DNA of 64,000 bases from Nitrosospira sp. (GTDB lineage Bacteria > Pseudomonadota > Gammaproteobacteria > Burkholderiales > Nitrosomonadaceae): positions 7,629 through 71,628 of the forward strand of contig JAYSQR010000038.1 of the NCBI GenBank assembly GCA_043721435.1. Reading direction: 5' to 3'. The notes under the pieces are model-generated. The model worked only from the letters and a program-made list of their open reading frames with translations. It had not been told where the DNA came from and searched no databases. Position numbers and translations under genes: made by a program. Below, piece by piece: positions 22,565 through 31,302 of the stretch; within the stretch, counting starts at the first letter, position 1; each line of letters starts with the position of its first letter.

Positions 22565-22882
22565 ATGAATAACTCGATAGCAATGAAACGATTCGAGATC
22601 GTTGTTGATGAAGAAAAACTCAACGAACTGATCACGTTGTTGGGGGAGGTTGGCGTGCGCGGCTACACCTTCATCAAGAACACGGGCGGCCTCGGTTCAC
22701 GCGGCGAACGGCGTCCCGATGGCCTCTTTTTACAGGAAGAAAATGCCATGGTGATTCTGGCTTGCCAAGAAGAGCAGGCGCAGAAGGTGATTGCGGCGCT
22801 ACGTCCCAAGCTGAAGGAATTCGGCGGCATGTGCCTGATTTCGGACTGTCTCTGGGTGGAAGGGCCGGCAGTCTCATATTGA
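22565..22882 (+). CDS. sbtB: SbtB-type PII-like signalling protein (copy 1)
   Basis: 105 aa. RFEIVVDEEKLNELITLLGEVGVRGYTFIKNTGGLGSRG matches the PII fold and T-loop start of SbtB (KLVIVTEK...GAKGYTVMNTGGKGSR). Lies directly downstream of the sbtA-like gene. Confidence 0.8.
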   Translation: MNNSIAMKRFEIVVDEEKLNELITLLGEVGVRGYTFIKNTGGLGSRGERRPDGLFLQEENAMVILACQEEQAQKVIAALRPKLKEFGGMCLISDCLWVEGPAVSY

Positions 22883-22924
22883 TTTTGATTTTTCCATCAG
22901 GCGTCGCCGATGGGCAGTGGTCGA

Positions 22925-22941
22925 GTGCAGACAGTCTGCAC
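22925..22941. repeat. 17-bp palindrome downstream of sbtB copy 1
   Basis: GTGCAGACAGTCTGCAC, 43 nt after the stop codon. It may be a hairpin or a protein site. Confidence 0.3.
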
Positions 22942-23026
22942 TACGTCACTTCACTAGGCTAAAAAAGTCCCAGCTATGACTGACTGGCTTCCCCTGATGC
23001 AACCTTCTCAATTCATTAAAACGGTG

Positions 23027-23061
23027 ACGGCTGCATGGTTGCAATGACCATGCAGCCGTTT
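23027..23061 (+). terminator. candidate intrinsic terminator of the sbtA-sbtB unit
   Basis: Perfect 13-bp stem ACGGCTGCATGGT / ACCATGCAGCCGT with a 7-nt loop, followed by TTTAA. The U-tract is short. Confidence 0.5.
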
Positions 23062-23228
23062 AATCGAGGGTTGGCAAGAGAGCGTATTCATCCTGTTGGG
23101 TGAAGCAAGACATAAGACATTGTCGTGTCAGAAAAGGGGAGGGGCAGGGATGCGGGATACTTCCGGTGATCAAATTTGCGTCGGGTATGGCCCTGTTGCG
23201 GCCAGTATGTTGCGCGCGCGCTTGCTTT

Positions 23229-23273
23229 CCTGCATTAAATACATTCTGCGAAATGCAGTATTCAATATGCAGG
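23229..23273. promoter_or_regulatory. nested inverted repeats upstream of the NuoM/DabA operon (candidate operator)
   Basis: CTGCATT-N15-AATGCAG (23230-23258), plus a third arm ATGCAGG (23267-23273) that can pair with CCTGCAT (23229-23235). About 100-140 nt upstream of the ATG at 23372. Confidence 0.25.
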
Positions 23274-23371
23274 CGGCGGATCCACCGCTGACCCGCATCT
23301 GCCAGGGAGATGGTCTCCGGGGCATACGCTTCCTCAAATCTCGTCTTCAAGCGTAAAGGCGGACCAAAGTC

Positions 23372-24844
23372 ATGGGGATACTCAGCTTATTGCTTTGGAC
23401 CCCAATTGTTGGCATTCTGGTTTTGTCTTTGACATCCGGTCAGGATGCCCGCTCGATTCGTTTCTTCGCCAACCTGTTTGCCACCCTCACATTTCTGCTT
23501 AGTTGCTGGCTAGTTATCATCTATGACCAGCAGGATAGTGCCATTCAGTTCGGTGAACAATTTACGCTTAACCCCAAATTGGGTAGTGCTTTCGCCCTGG
23601 GTGTTGATGGCCTGTCGATCCCCATGCTGGTATTGGCGACATTACTTACGTCCATTGCAATGCTTGCTTCTTTTACCATTTCTAACAGTATTAAAAGTTT
23701 TCATATTTGTATCCTGTTGCTGGAGTTTGGCATGTTGGGCGTGTTTCTGGCACAGGACTGGGCGCTGTTCTACATTTTCTGGGAACTGACTTTAATCCCG
23801 CTGTTCTTTCTGATCGACCGCTGGGGCGGTAAACGGCGGCACACGGCCAGTCTCAACTTCGTGCTGTACACGATGGGCGGTTCGATTTTCATGCTCATCA
23901 GTTTGCTCGCGATTGGTCACTACATGCCTGAACACGGCGGATCGTTGATGGCTTCGATGAGTCAGGCGGCGCAAAGCATGCCGCGGGATGAGCAAGTCTG
24001 GGTGCTGCTGGGGTTTTTGATCGGTTTCGGGGTCAAGATGCCGATTTTCCCGTTGCACGGCTGGCTGCCTTTGGCCCACGTTGAAGCACCCAGCCCGGTC
24101 AGTATCCTGCTGTCGGGCGTTTTGCTGAAAATGGGTTCTTATGGCCTGATACGAGCCGTGGTGATGCTGCCGGAGGCCGCACAAATATTGCAGCCATGGC
24201 TGGTTTTCCTGGCGTTATTCGGGATGATTTACGGTGGCTTGCTGGCCTGGCGGCAAAGCGATCTCAAAGCGATGGTGGCTTATTCTTCGGTCAGCCACAT
24301 GGGCATAGTCTTGCTGGGCATTGCCGCCTTGAATGAAACCGGGCTCACTGGCGCAGTCTTGCAGATGACCGCTCATGGATTGATTGCGGGCGCAATGTTC
24401 CTGCTGGTGGGACTGCTGTATGAGCGCACTCATACCCGCAACATTCAGGATTACAGCTCATTGGTCCAGGTGGTGCCGCGTTTTGCCTTGTTCATGACGT
24501 TGACCCTGTTTGCAGCGATGGGCTTGCCGGGTTCGGTGGGTTTCATTGCCGAATTGCATGCCGTTATCGGTGGCTATCAACAATGGGGCGGCTTGATGGT
24601 ATTTTTTAGTCTGAGCATCCTGATCGGTTCTGCCTACGCCATTCGCACCATCGGCCTATTGTTCACCGGTCCGGTAAAGCCGCAGATGCGAGAGATCGAA
24701 GACTTGCGTACCCCCGAGTTATTGGCAGCCGGTTTACTGGTTACGGGTATTGTGTTCTTCGGTCTGCTGCCGGCGCCGCTGATTGACTTGTCGTCAGCGA
24801 CCCTGGGCCACATGAGCAGCTTGATCAGTCAACGTATTCAATAG
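23372..24844 (+). CDS. NuoM/NdhD/MrpD-type antiporter-like subunit (copy 1)
   Basis: FYIFWELTLIPLFFLI (TM5 Glu motif) and GFGVKMPIFPLHGWLPLAHVEAPSP...LLKMGSYG (TM7/TM8 lysines). About 14 TM. SD AAGGCGGA upstream. Confidence 0.9.
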   Translation: MGILSLLLWTPIVGILVLSLTSGQDARSIRFFANLFATLTFLLSCWLVIIYDQQDSAIQFGEQFTLNPKLGSAFALGVDGLSIPMLVLATLLTSIAMLASFTISNSIKSFHICILLLEFGMLGVFLAQDWALFYIFWELTLIPLFFLIDRWGGKRRHTASLNFVLYTMGGSIFMLISLLAIGHYMPEHGGSLMASMSQAAQSMPRDEQVWVLLGFLIGFGVKMPIFPLHGWLPLAHVEAPSPVSILLSGVLLKMGSYGLIRAVVMLPEAAQILQPWLVFLALFGMIYGGLLAWRQSDLKAMVAYSSVSHMGIVLLGIAALNETGLTGAVLQMTAHGLIAGAMFLLVGLLYERTHTRNIQDYSSLVQVVPRFALFMTLTLFAAMGLPGSVGFIAELHAVIGGYQQWGGLMVFFSLSILIGSAYAIRTIGLLFTGPVKPQMREIEDLRTPELLAAGLLVTGIVFFGLLPAPLIDLSSATLGHMSSLISQRIQ

Positions 24845-24853
24845 GATATTGCC

Positions 24854-27800
24854 ATGCACGCAGCCCATGAATCCCTCGATAAACGTGAGCAGATCATCGC
24901 GTCACTGAATCATCTGGATCATGTCCTTCCTGGGCAAGGACCGATTCTTGATTTCGTCCACCACAATACTCTGCATGGTTACCAGCATCTGCCATTCGAG
25001 CAAGCACTGGCGGAATCCGAGGCGCTTACTGGTATTTGCGGCTATCTCCCTGAAGTACAAAACCGGGGATTTTATCAGCGCGGACGGATTAATGACCGGG
25101 ATCTGTTTGCGGCACTCGCACATAACCCGCAGTTGCAGGCTGAGCAAGTCGTCTGTGCAGCGGGCGATTTAACGATTACGCGCAAGGATATTTATCGCAT
25201 CGCCATGTTATTCGACTTGCAAGCCCTCACTGTCAGTCAGTTGAACTGGCAAATAGAAGAGTTGGATGCGCTGGGCACAGTGCAAGCCGATGTGCCTGAA
25301 CAAGTCCGCAGGCGGCTGCTGGAAAACAGCCCTGACCAGAGCAATGCCATCAGGCAGTTGTGGGAAAGTATCTCGGATAAGTTGGGGTTGGAACAGGTTG
25401 CTCTGCATCCGGAGAACATGCTGGATTTATCACTGGATCAGGCCGAAGACTGGCTGGAGAAAATTCACTCCAGTGATCCGGATAGCAGCAGTCTTACGCT
25501 GCATCAGCGCATGCGGCAACAAGCCGCCGCTTCACTGGATGAGTTGCTGGCCCAACTCGGCGACAGCATTACCCTGCGCGGTTTTATCCTGGCATTGAGC
25601 GGGATCGACATTCTCTACTCCGTTCGCCCGCAATTGATACGCATCTGTGCGTCTGCCCTGGACGAAGGCATGGCCGCCTGGCAACTGCCAGAACGCAACC
25701 AGTTGGGTCTTTACGCTGCTTGGCGGGCAACGGCGCAATATGACGCGAATCCGTTTTTGCATGACTTGCCAGATTGGCAGCGGATTGTGGCCGAATCACC
25801 TGAAAATGCGGTCGATGCCATTATCCAGCAACTGACCCAACTGGAGATGCCGCATGATAAATGGGAAGGATATCTGCAGCGACTGGCGCTTGAGTTGCCG
25901 GGTTGGTCTGGAATTATCAACTGGCGGCAACATCACCCGCAATACCATGCCGAGAACGATGCGGCGCCGAAACTAGCGGATTATCTGGCTATCCGGCTGA
26001 TTCTGGACAGACTCTGGCTTGATCAGGCTTGCCGTGAAACCTGGAAAATCGAAGCCAAACTGAGTTCGTTGCAATTCTATTTCAGTAAAAACCTGTCGGA
26101 ATTCATGGTACGCAGGAAACTGTATCAGGGCGGCCTGCCTGAGTATCTGACCCAGCCGGCTGAATCATTGATAAGCCGCGCCGGTTCTGAACGGTATAAA
26201 CAATCCGACTGGCAGCAGCTCGCCGATCTGGTCTGGACCTGGCAGTTCAGTCCGATGGCGGAAACCAACGCCGGAAGCTGCGGCTTTAATTGGGGCTGGC
26301 GTCTGTTCCGTTTATGCCAGCATCTGGGGCTCAACGCCGCATATGTTCAGCAACTGCAGCGAAAAGATTTGCAGCAGATGCTGGCGCTACTGGATGAATT
26401 TACCGCCACTGAGCGCAGCAAGGTCTGGCTTGATGCCTACGAGCATCATTACCGGGAAGATTTTTTTCAGGCATTGCGTGCCAATCGTAATCGCGGCCGC
26501 TGGGCCAGGCGCGATACTCGCCCGGATTCGCAACTCATATTCTGCATAGATGACCGTGAAGAAAGTATTCGTCGTCATCTGGAAGAATTCAATCCCGCCA
26601 TTGAAACATTGGGTGCTGCCGGTTTTTTTGGCGTACCCATGAACTATAAAGGGCTGGATGATAACAGGGTAACGCCGTTATGTCCGATCGTGGTGACCCC
26701 GGCGCATGAGGTTCGGGAAGTGCCACGGGCGGGCAGCGAACAGTCACTGCTCTCGCATAACAACGGCCGTAAGACGTTACAACGGGTTGCCAATCTGCTG
26801 CATCAGGGTTTGCGCCGCAATCTGCTGTTGTCGCAAGCGGTTATCGATGCGGTTGCACCGATTACTCTGGCTGGATTGCTGGCAAAGATACTGTTCCCCA
26901 AACCACAGCAACATCTGCTTGCCGACATAAAGAAGCTGGTCTCGCCTGAAGTTGCGACTCAACTGATGTTTACTTCAATGGATAATGAGACAGTTGCGTC
27001 GCCGGCAAAACCTAAACTGGGTTTCACCGATAATGAACAAGCCGACCGGGTAGCAGGCTTTTTGCGCAATAGCGGTTTGACTTACGGGTTTGCGGAACTG
27101 GTTATTCTGGTAGGGCATGGTTCCATCAGCCAGAATAATCCACATTTGGCTGCTTATGACTGTGGTGCCTGCAGTGGCCGGCATGGCGGACCGAATGCCA
27201 GATTGTTCGCAGCAATGGCCAATCGTCCGGAGATACGCAAGCTGGTGGCAGCGCGCGGCATCAATATTCCGTCTGATACCTGGTTCATCGGCACTGAGCA
27301 CAATACCTGCAATGAAGAATTCATTTGGTATGACCTTTGTGAGGTGCCTGCGGAACGACTACCCGCACTAAAGAAATTGCAACAGGAGATACAACACGGG
27401 CAGCACATGTCCGCACATGAGCGTTGCCGCAGACTGGCTTCCGCGCCGCGCAACCCGACGCCGGAGCAGGCACTGGCACATATAACAGAAAGAGCCACAG
27501 ATTTCTCCCAAGCCCGTCCCGAACTTGGTCATGCGACTAATGCTGCTGCAGTTGTTGGCCGCCGTTCAGTAACACAGGGCGCATTCTTTGATCGCCGTGC
27601 GTTCCTGATTTCTTATGATCCGACGCAAGATCCGGAGGGCAAGATACTGGAAGGAATTCTGCTGGCCGTTGGGCCGGTCGGGGCAGGTATCAATCTGGAA
27701 TATTATTTCTCCACCGTCAATAATGAACGCTTTGGATGCGGTACCAAGGTTCCGCATAACGTCACCGGTTTCTTCGCCGTAATGGAAGGCACCAGCAGTG

Positions 27801-28132
27801 ATTTGCGTACCGGCCTGCCCAGGCAGATGATCGAGATACACGAAGCGGTGCGCCTGCTGATCGTGGTCGAGGCGAAGACTTCAGTGCTCGGGGAAATCTA
27901 TGCGCGTCAAGCAAGTTTGCGCGAACTGATAGCTGGCGGCTGGGTGTTGTTGAGTGCAATAGATCCCGACAACGGTGAAATTTCCTTCTTCGAACGTGGC
28001 GTGGGTTTCGTCCCGTGGCAAGCTGAAGCAGTAGATTTGCCAGTTGTTGAAAAATCGCCGGATTGTTATCGGGATCAGACTCTCCCCGTTGCGCCGGTAT
28101 TGATTAAACAGCCCGAATTTTCGGGGGCCTAA
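24854..28132 (+). CDS. dabA: DUF2309/DabA-like protein (putative vectorial carbonic anhydrase subunit of a DAB-type inorganic-carbon pump)
   Basis: N-terminus LDHVLPGQGPILDFVHHNTLHGYQHLPFEQA is typical of PF10070. Zinc-site pattern FCIDDRE (C564, D566, R568; TGC at 26543) and GHGSISQNNPHLAAYDCGAC (H755 at 27116; C770). Followed after 4 nt by a NuoL-like gene. Confidence 0.85.
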   Translation: MHAAHESLDKREQIIASLNHLDHVLPGQGPILDFVHHNTLHGYQHLPFEQALAESEALTGICGYLPEVQNRGFYQRGRINDRDLFAALAHNPQLQAEQVVCAAGDLTITRKDIYRIAMLFDLQALTVSQLNWQIEELDALGTVQADVPEQVRRRLLENSPDQSNAIRQLWESISDKLGLEQVALHPENMLDLSLDQAEDWLEKIHSSDPDSSSLTLHQRMRQQAAASLDELLAQLGDSITLRGFILALSGIDILYSVRPQLIRICASALDEGMAAWQLPERNQLGLYAAWRATAQYDANPFLHDLPDWQRIVAESPENAVDAIIQQLTQLEMPHDKWEGYLQRLALELPGWSGIINWRQHHPQYHAENDAAPKLADYLAIRLILDRLWLDQACRETWKIEAKLSSLQFYFSKNLSEFMVRRKLYQGGLPEYLTQPAESLISRAGSERYKQSDWQQLADLVWTWQFSPMAETNAGSCGFNWGWRLFRLCQHLGLNAAYVQQLQRKDLQQMLALLDEFTATERSKVWLDAYEHHYREDFFQALRANRNRGRWARRDTRPDSQLIFCIDDREESIRRHLEEFNPAIETLGAAGFFGVPMNYKGLDDNRVTPLCPIVVTPAHEVREVPRAGSEQSLLSHNNGRKTLQRVANLLHQGLRRNLLLSQAVIDAVAPITLAGLLAKILFPKPQQHLLADIKKLVSPEVATQLMFTSMDNETVASPAKPKLGFTDNEQADRVAGFLRNSGLTYGFAELVILVGHGSISQNNPHLAAYDCGACSGRHGGPNARLFAAMANRPEIRKLVAARGINIPSDTWFIGTEHNTCNEEFIWYDLCEVPAERLPALKKLQQEIQHGQHMSAHERCRRLASAPRNPTPEQALAHITERATDFSQARPELGHATNAAAVVGRRSVTQGAFFDRRAFLISYDPTQDPEGKILEGILLAVGPVGAGINLEYYFSTVNNERFGCGTKVPHNVTGFFAVMEGTSSDLRTGLPRQMIEIHEAVRLLIVVEAKTSVLGEIYARQASLRELIAGGWVLLSAIDPDNGEISFFERGVGFVPWQAEAVDLPVVEKSPDCYRDQTLPVAPVLIKQPEFSGA

Positions 28133-28136
28133 GCGG

Positions 28137-29705
28137 ATGGATGCATTGGTCGCATTGATTCCATTGTTACCGCTGGTTGCTGCAGCTGTTATCGGTATAG
28201 GCCATTTGTTTGGCCAGATCAGCGGTGAAAGCGGTGAGCGCACGACAGCAAACATTGCTACCGGAGCTATTACTCTGTCCTGTGTGCTGGCGTTGACCCT
28301 GTTGGGCGCCGATCTGCTGGGTAAAAACACCGGCTCATTCAACGCGGGGCAGTGGCTGCGCAGTGGCACGCTGGGCATACAAGTAAGTTTTATCACCACT
28401 GGTTTCAGTATCATTCTGGCAGCGCTGTTTTCGATACTGCTGATTATTGTCACCCGTTTTTCAATCAACTACATGCACAGAGAAGCGGGATTTCACCGTT
28501 TCTTTTTCATTCTGAGCCTGTTTTCTTCGGCAATGCTGCTGCTGGTGCTGTCGGGTAATGCCATTGGCACTTTCATCGGCTGGGAAATTGCCGGGTTATG
28601 CTCCTACCTGTTGATATCCTATGCCTATGATCGCCCGGTTGCGGCCCTCAATGCAACCCGTGTATTCGTCACCAATCGCATCGGCGATGCCGGGTTCATT
28701 CTGGGAATAGGGGTCAGCTATCTCTATGCCAAGAGCATCGAATGGAGTAGTCTGAATGCGGTGGCAGAACAGTTGACCACCCCTACTGCCACTGTGATCG
28801 CGCTGTGTTTCGCCATAGCAGCTTTTGCAAAATCGGTACAATTACCATTCACCCCCTGGCTGGGACGGGCAATGGAAGGACCGACACCATCGAGTGCGGT
28901 GTTTTACGGCGCGGTCATGGTACATGCCGGGATCTATCTGGTAATTCTGCTGCAGCCCATCTTTGAACGCGCGCCATTTGTCATGGTTCTGCTGGCCGTG
29001 GTGGGACTAAGCACCGCCATCTATAGCTTTGTGGTCGGATTGACTCAAACCGATGTTAAAAGCTCGTTGTGTTTTGCTACATCCGGCCAACTGGGTTTGA
29101 TGTTTCTGGAATGCGGTCTGGGTTTGTGGCAACTGGCCAGCTGGCATCTTTGCGCTCATGCTATTGTTCGTGGCTATCAGGTATTAACCGCACCATCGCT
29201 GATGCACAATGTACTCGGCAATCCGATCAAACCGGTTAGTCGCGATATTGCCGGACTGCGCTGGCTATATACCGCATCGATACAGCGTTTCTGGCTGGAT
29301 CCGATTGCCGATCGGGCGTTAGTAAGACCGGTTCACGGACTCGGGCGCGATCTGGGCTATTTTGATGACCATATCGTCGATCGCATCATGGGTACACCTG
29401 CGCGCGCAGGCCGTGCCATATCGTCACTGGCGCAATTGGAAAAGAGAGTGCTGAGCGCCCAGTCGGAGCATGACCCCAATGAATTCAGTCGTAGCAGTGG
29501 TGTGGCCGGAAAACTGTTCCAATGGACAGCGGACATTTTCAACTGGTTTGAAGATCGCCTGGTATTGCGAGGCATAGGCATAGACGCGATCGACATGGGA
29601 CGCCAGCTCGGATATGCCGCCAATAAATTTGAGAAATTGATACTGAAGCCTCGCTACCTGGTGGTGTTTGTAGCCATAGTGTTACTGCTTGCAGCTGCAA
29701 TCTGA
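28137..29705 (+). CDS. dabB: NuoL/NdhF-type antiporter-like subunit (DabB-like), lacking the long lateral helix
   Basis: GWEIAGLCSYLLISYAYDRPVAALNATRVFVTNRIGDAGF and AKSVQLPFTPWLGRAMEGPTPSSAVFYGAVMVHAGIYL are NuoL signatures. At 522 aa it is shorter than respiratory NuoL. Confidence 0.88.
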   Translation: MDALVALIPLLPLVAAAVIGIGHLFGQISGESGERTTANIATGAITLSCVLALTLLGADLLGKNTGSFNAGQWLRSGTLGIQVSFITTGFSIILAALFSILLIIVTRFSINYMHREAGFHRFFFILSLFSSAMLLLVLSGNAIGTFIGWEIAGLCSYLLISYAYDRPVAALNATRVFVTNRIGDAGFILGIGVSYLYAKSIEWSSLNAVAEQLTTPTATVIALCFAIAAFAKSVQLPFTPWLGRAMEGPTPSSAVFYGAVMVHAGIYLVILLQPIFERAPFVMVLLAVVGLSTAIYSFVVGLTQTDVKSSLCFATSGQLGLMFLECGLGLWQLASWHLCAHAIVRGYQVLTAPSLMHNVLGNPIKPVSRDIAGLRWLYTASIQRFWLDPIADRALVRPVHGLGRDLGYFDDHIVDRIMGTPARAGRAISSLAQLEKRVLSAQSEHDPNEFSRSSGVAGKLFQWTADIFNWFEDRLVLRGIGIDAIDMGRQLGYAANKFEKLILKPRYLVVFVAIVLLLAAAI

Positions 29706-29712
29706 GGGACTG

Positions 29713-31302
29713 ATGGCAATTACTCCTGTTATCCCCTGGTCAGAATCAGCAGCGTTTCCGTTGCTGACTATGCTGACGCTTATCCCGTTGACGACGCTGG
29801 TCGCTGTTCTGTTGTCACGTTCATCGTCGGTGGCATTGCGTATCGGTTTTGCCGGAACACTTTCGACGCTATTGCTCAGCTTCTACCTGCTGAGCGTTTT
29901 CGATGCTGATCGTCCTGGTATTCAACTGGCCGAAGAGATGCACAATCTGGGTTTTACCTACAGCGTGGGTGTTGACGGTGCCAATATACTGTTTATTCCA
30001 CTGACGGCCATTTTTACACTGCTGGCCTTGATTTATACCTCAATCACCCGGCATGCCACTGATCGGGTATACATTGCCTGTTTGCTGGGTTATGAGGCTA
30101 TCCTGATTGGTGCGTTCTCGGCGATGAATCTGATGCAGTTCTGGCTATGGTGTGTGCTGGAACTGATCCCGGTGGTGCTGCTGACGATTCGTGCCGGCAC
30201 CGGGCAAAACCGGCGCTGGGTCGTCTCACTTTTGCTGCAGCACTGGCTGAGCGGATTGTTGATGACCCTGGCAGGTTTCATGTTGCTCGCCTTTGGCTTA
30301 ATGAATGTAGTACCTGACGCCGAACTGACTTTTGACTGGCTGAAATTGAAAGAAGTCAGTAATGCGCAGTTACAGTATGGGTCACTGATCTTCTTTCTCC
30401 TGTTTTTTGGTTTTGCCATCCGCATGCCGATATTCCCGTTTCACGGCTGGCTGCCGGTATTGGCGGAACAAGGCACCGTCGCGAGCGTGGCCATTTTCCT
30501 GGGGGGCCTGAAACTGGGGGTTTACGGAGCCATTCGTTTTATCCTGCCGCTGATTCCGGAGGCCGCCGAACAATGGTCCGGATTTGTGCTGACACTGGGT
30601 TTAATCAGTATCGTTTACGGCGCGTTGCTGGCGCTGATGCAAATCAATATTCGCCGTTTGCTGGCCTTTGCCGTAGTCAGCCATACAGGCATGCTGGTCA
30701 TCGGCATTTTTGATTTCAACAAATACGGCATGGAAGGCACTATCCTGTTATCCGTTGCTTATGGCCTTGCAACTGCGGGCATGTTTTTCAGTGTCGGTTT
30801 GATTTATGAGTGGACTCGTACTGCTATTATTCCGCGCCTGGGCGGGCTGTTTGATGCCAATATCACCATCGCATTCCTGTTCGTGATCTCTGCACTGACT
30901 ACCATGGTCATGCCCGGCACCCCAGGGTTTGACGGCGCGCATCTGCTGATCGAGGGTACTGCCTCAAGATACGGTTGGCTGGTCGTTACTGCGATATTGC
31001 TGGGCAACCTCCTGGCTGCCGGTCTGCTGCTGCGTGCTTTTCAGCAGATGTTTGTTGCCGCGCCGAAACGATTTCTGCAACCCCACAGCAGTGCTCATAA
31101 ACCCGCCAAGAAGGAACAGGTTATTGCAGTGGTAATTTGCTCATTATTGATCGGTACGGGTTTTTACACGACACCCTGGGTGCATGTGATAGACCAGAAC
31201 GTAGTGGCCTCCATGAACGAGCTGGAGGCCTCCCTGCATCATGGTACACAACAGTCTGGCACGGTGACTGTGCCTGTCGGGGTTAAAGGCGGGCATAAAT
31301 GA
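29713..31302 (+). CDS. divergent NuoM-type antiporter-like subunit (copy 2) with a hydrophilic C-terminal tail
   Basis: GFAIRMPIFPFHGWLPVLAEQGTVASVAIFLGGLKLGVYG aligns to the NuoM TM7/TM8 region. The TM5 motif is altered (QFWLWCVLELIP). I prefer the ATG at 29713, preceded by GAGGGA; the ORF-track start at 29689 overlaps dabB. Confidence 0.82.
   Translation: MAITPVIPWSESAAFPLLTMLTLIPLTTLVAVLLSRSSSVALRIGFAGTLSTLLLSFYLLSVFDADRPGIQLAEEMHNLGFTYSVGVDGANILFIPLTAIFTLLALIYTSITRHATDRVYIACLLGYEAILIGAFSAMNLMQFWLWCVLELIPVVLLTIRAGTGQNRRWVVSLLLQHWLSGLLMTLAGFMLLAFGLMNVVPDAELTFDWLKLKEVSNAQLQYGSLIFFLLFFGFAIRMPIFPFHGWLPVLAEQGTVASVAIFLGGLKLGVYGAIRFILPLIPEAAEQWSGFVLTLGLISIVYGALLALMQINIRRLLAFAVVSHTGMLVIGIFDFNKYGMEGTILLSVAYGLATAGMFFSVGLIYEWTRTAIIPRLGGLFDANITIAFLFVISALTTMVMPGTPGFDGAHLLIEGTASRYGWLVVTAILLGNLLAAGLLLRAFQQMFVAAPKRFLQPHSSAHKPAKKEQVIAVVICSLLIGTGFYTTPWVHVIDQNVVASMNELEASLHHGTQQSGTVTVPVGVKGGHK

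Noticed and set aside
23060-23356. Two overlapping 86-96-aa ORFs in the spacer before the DAB-like operon
   Set aside because: They lie on opposite strands over the same DNA, have non-ATG or SD-less starts, and show no motifs. I treated the region as non-coding regulatory sequence.
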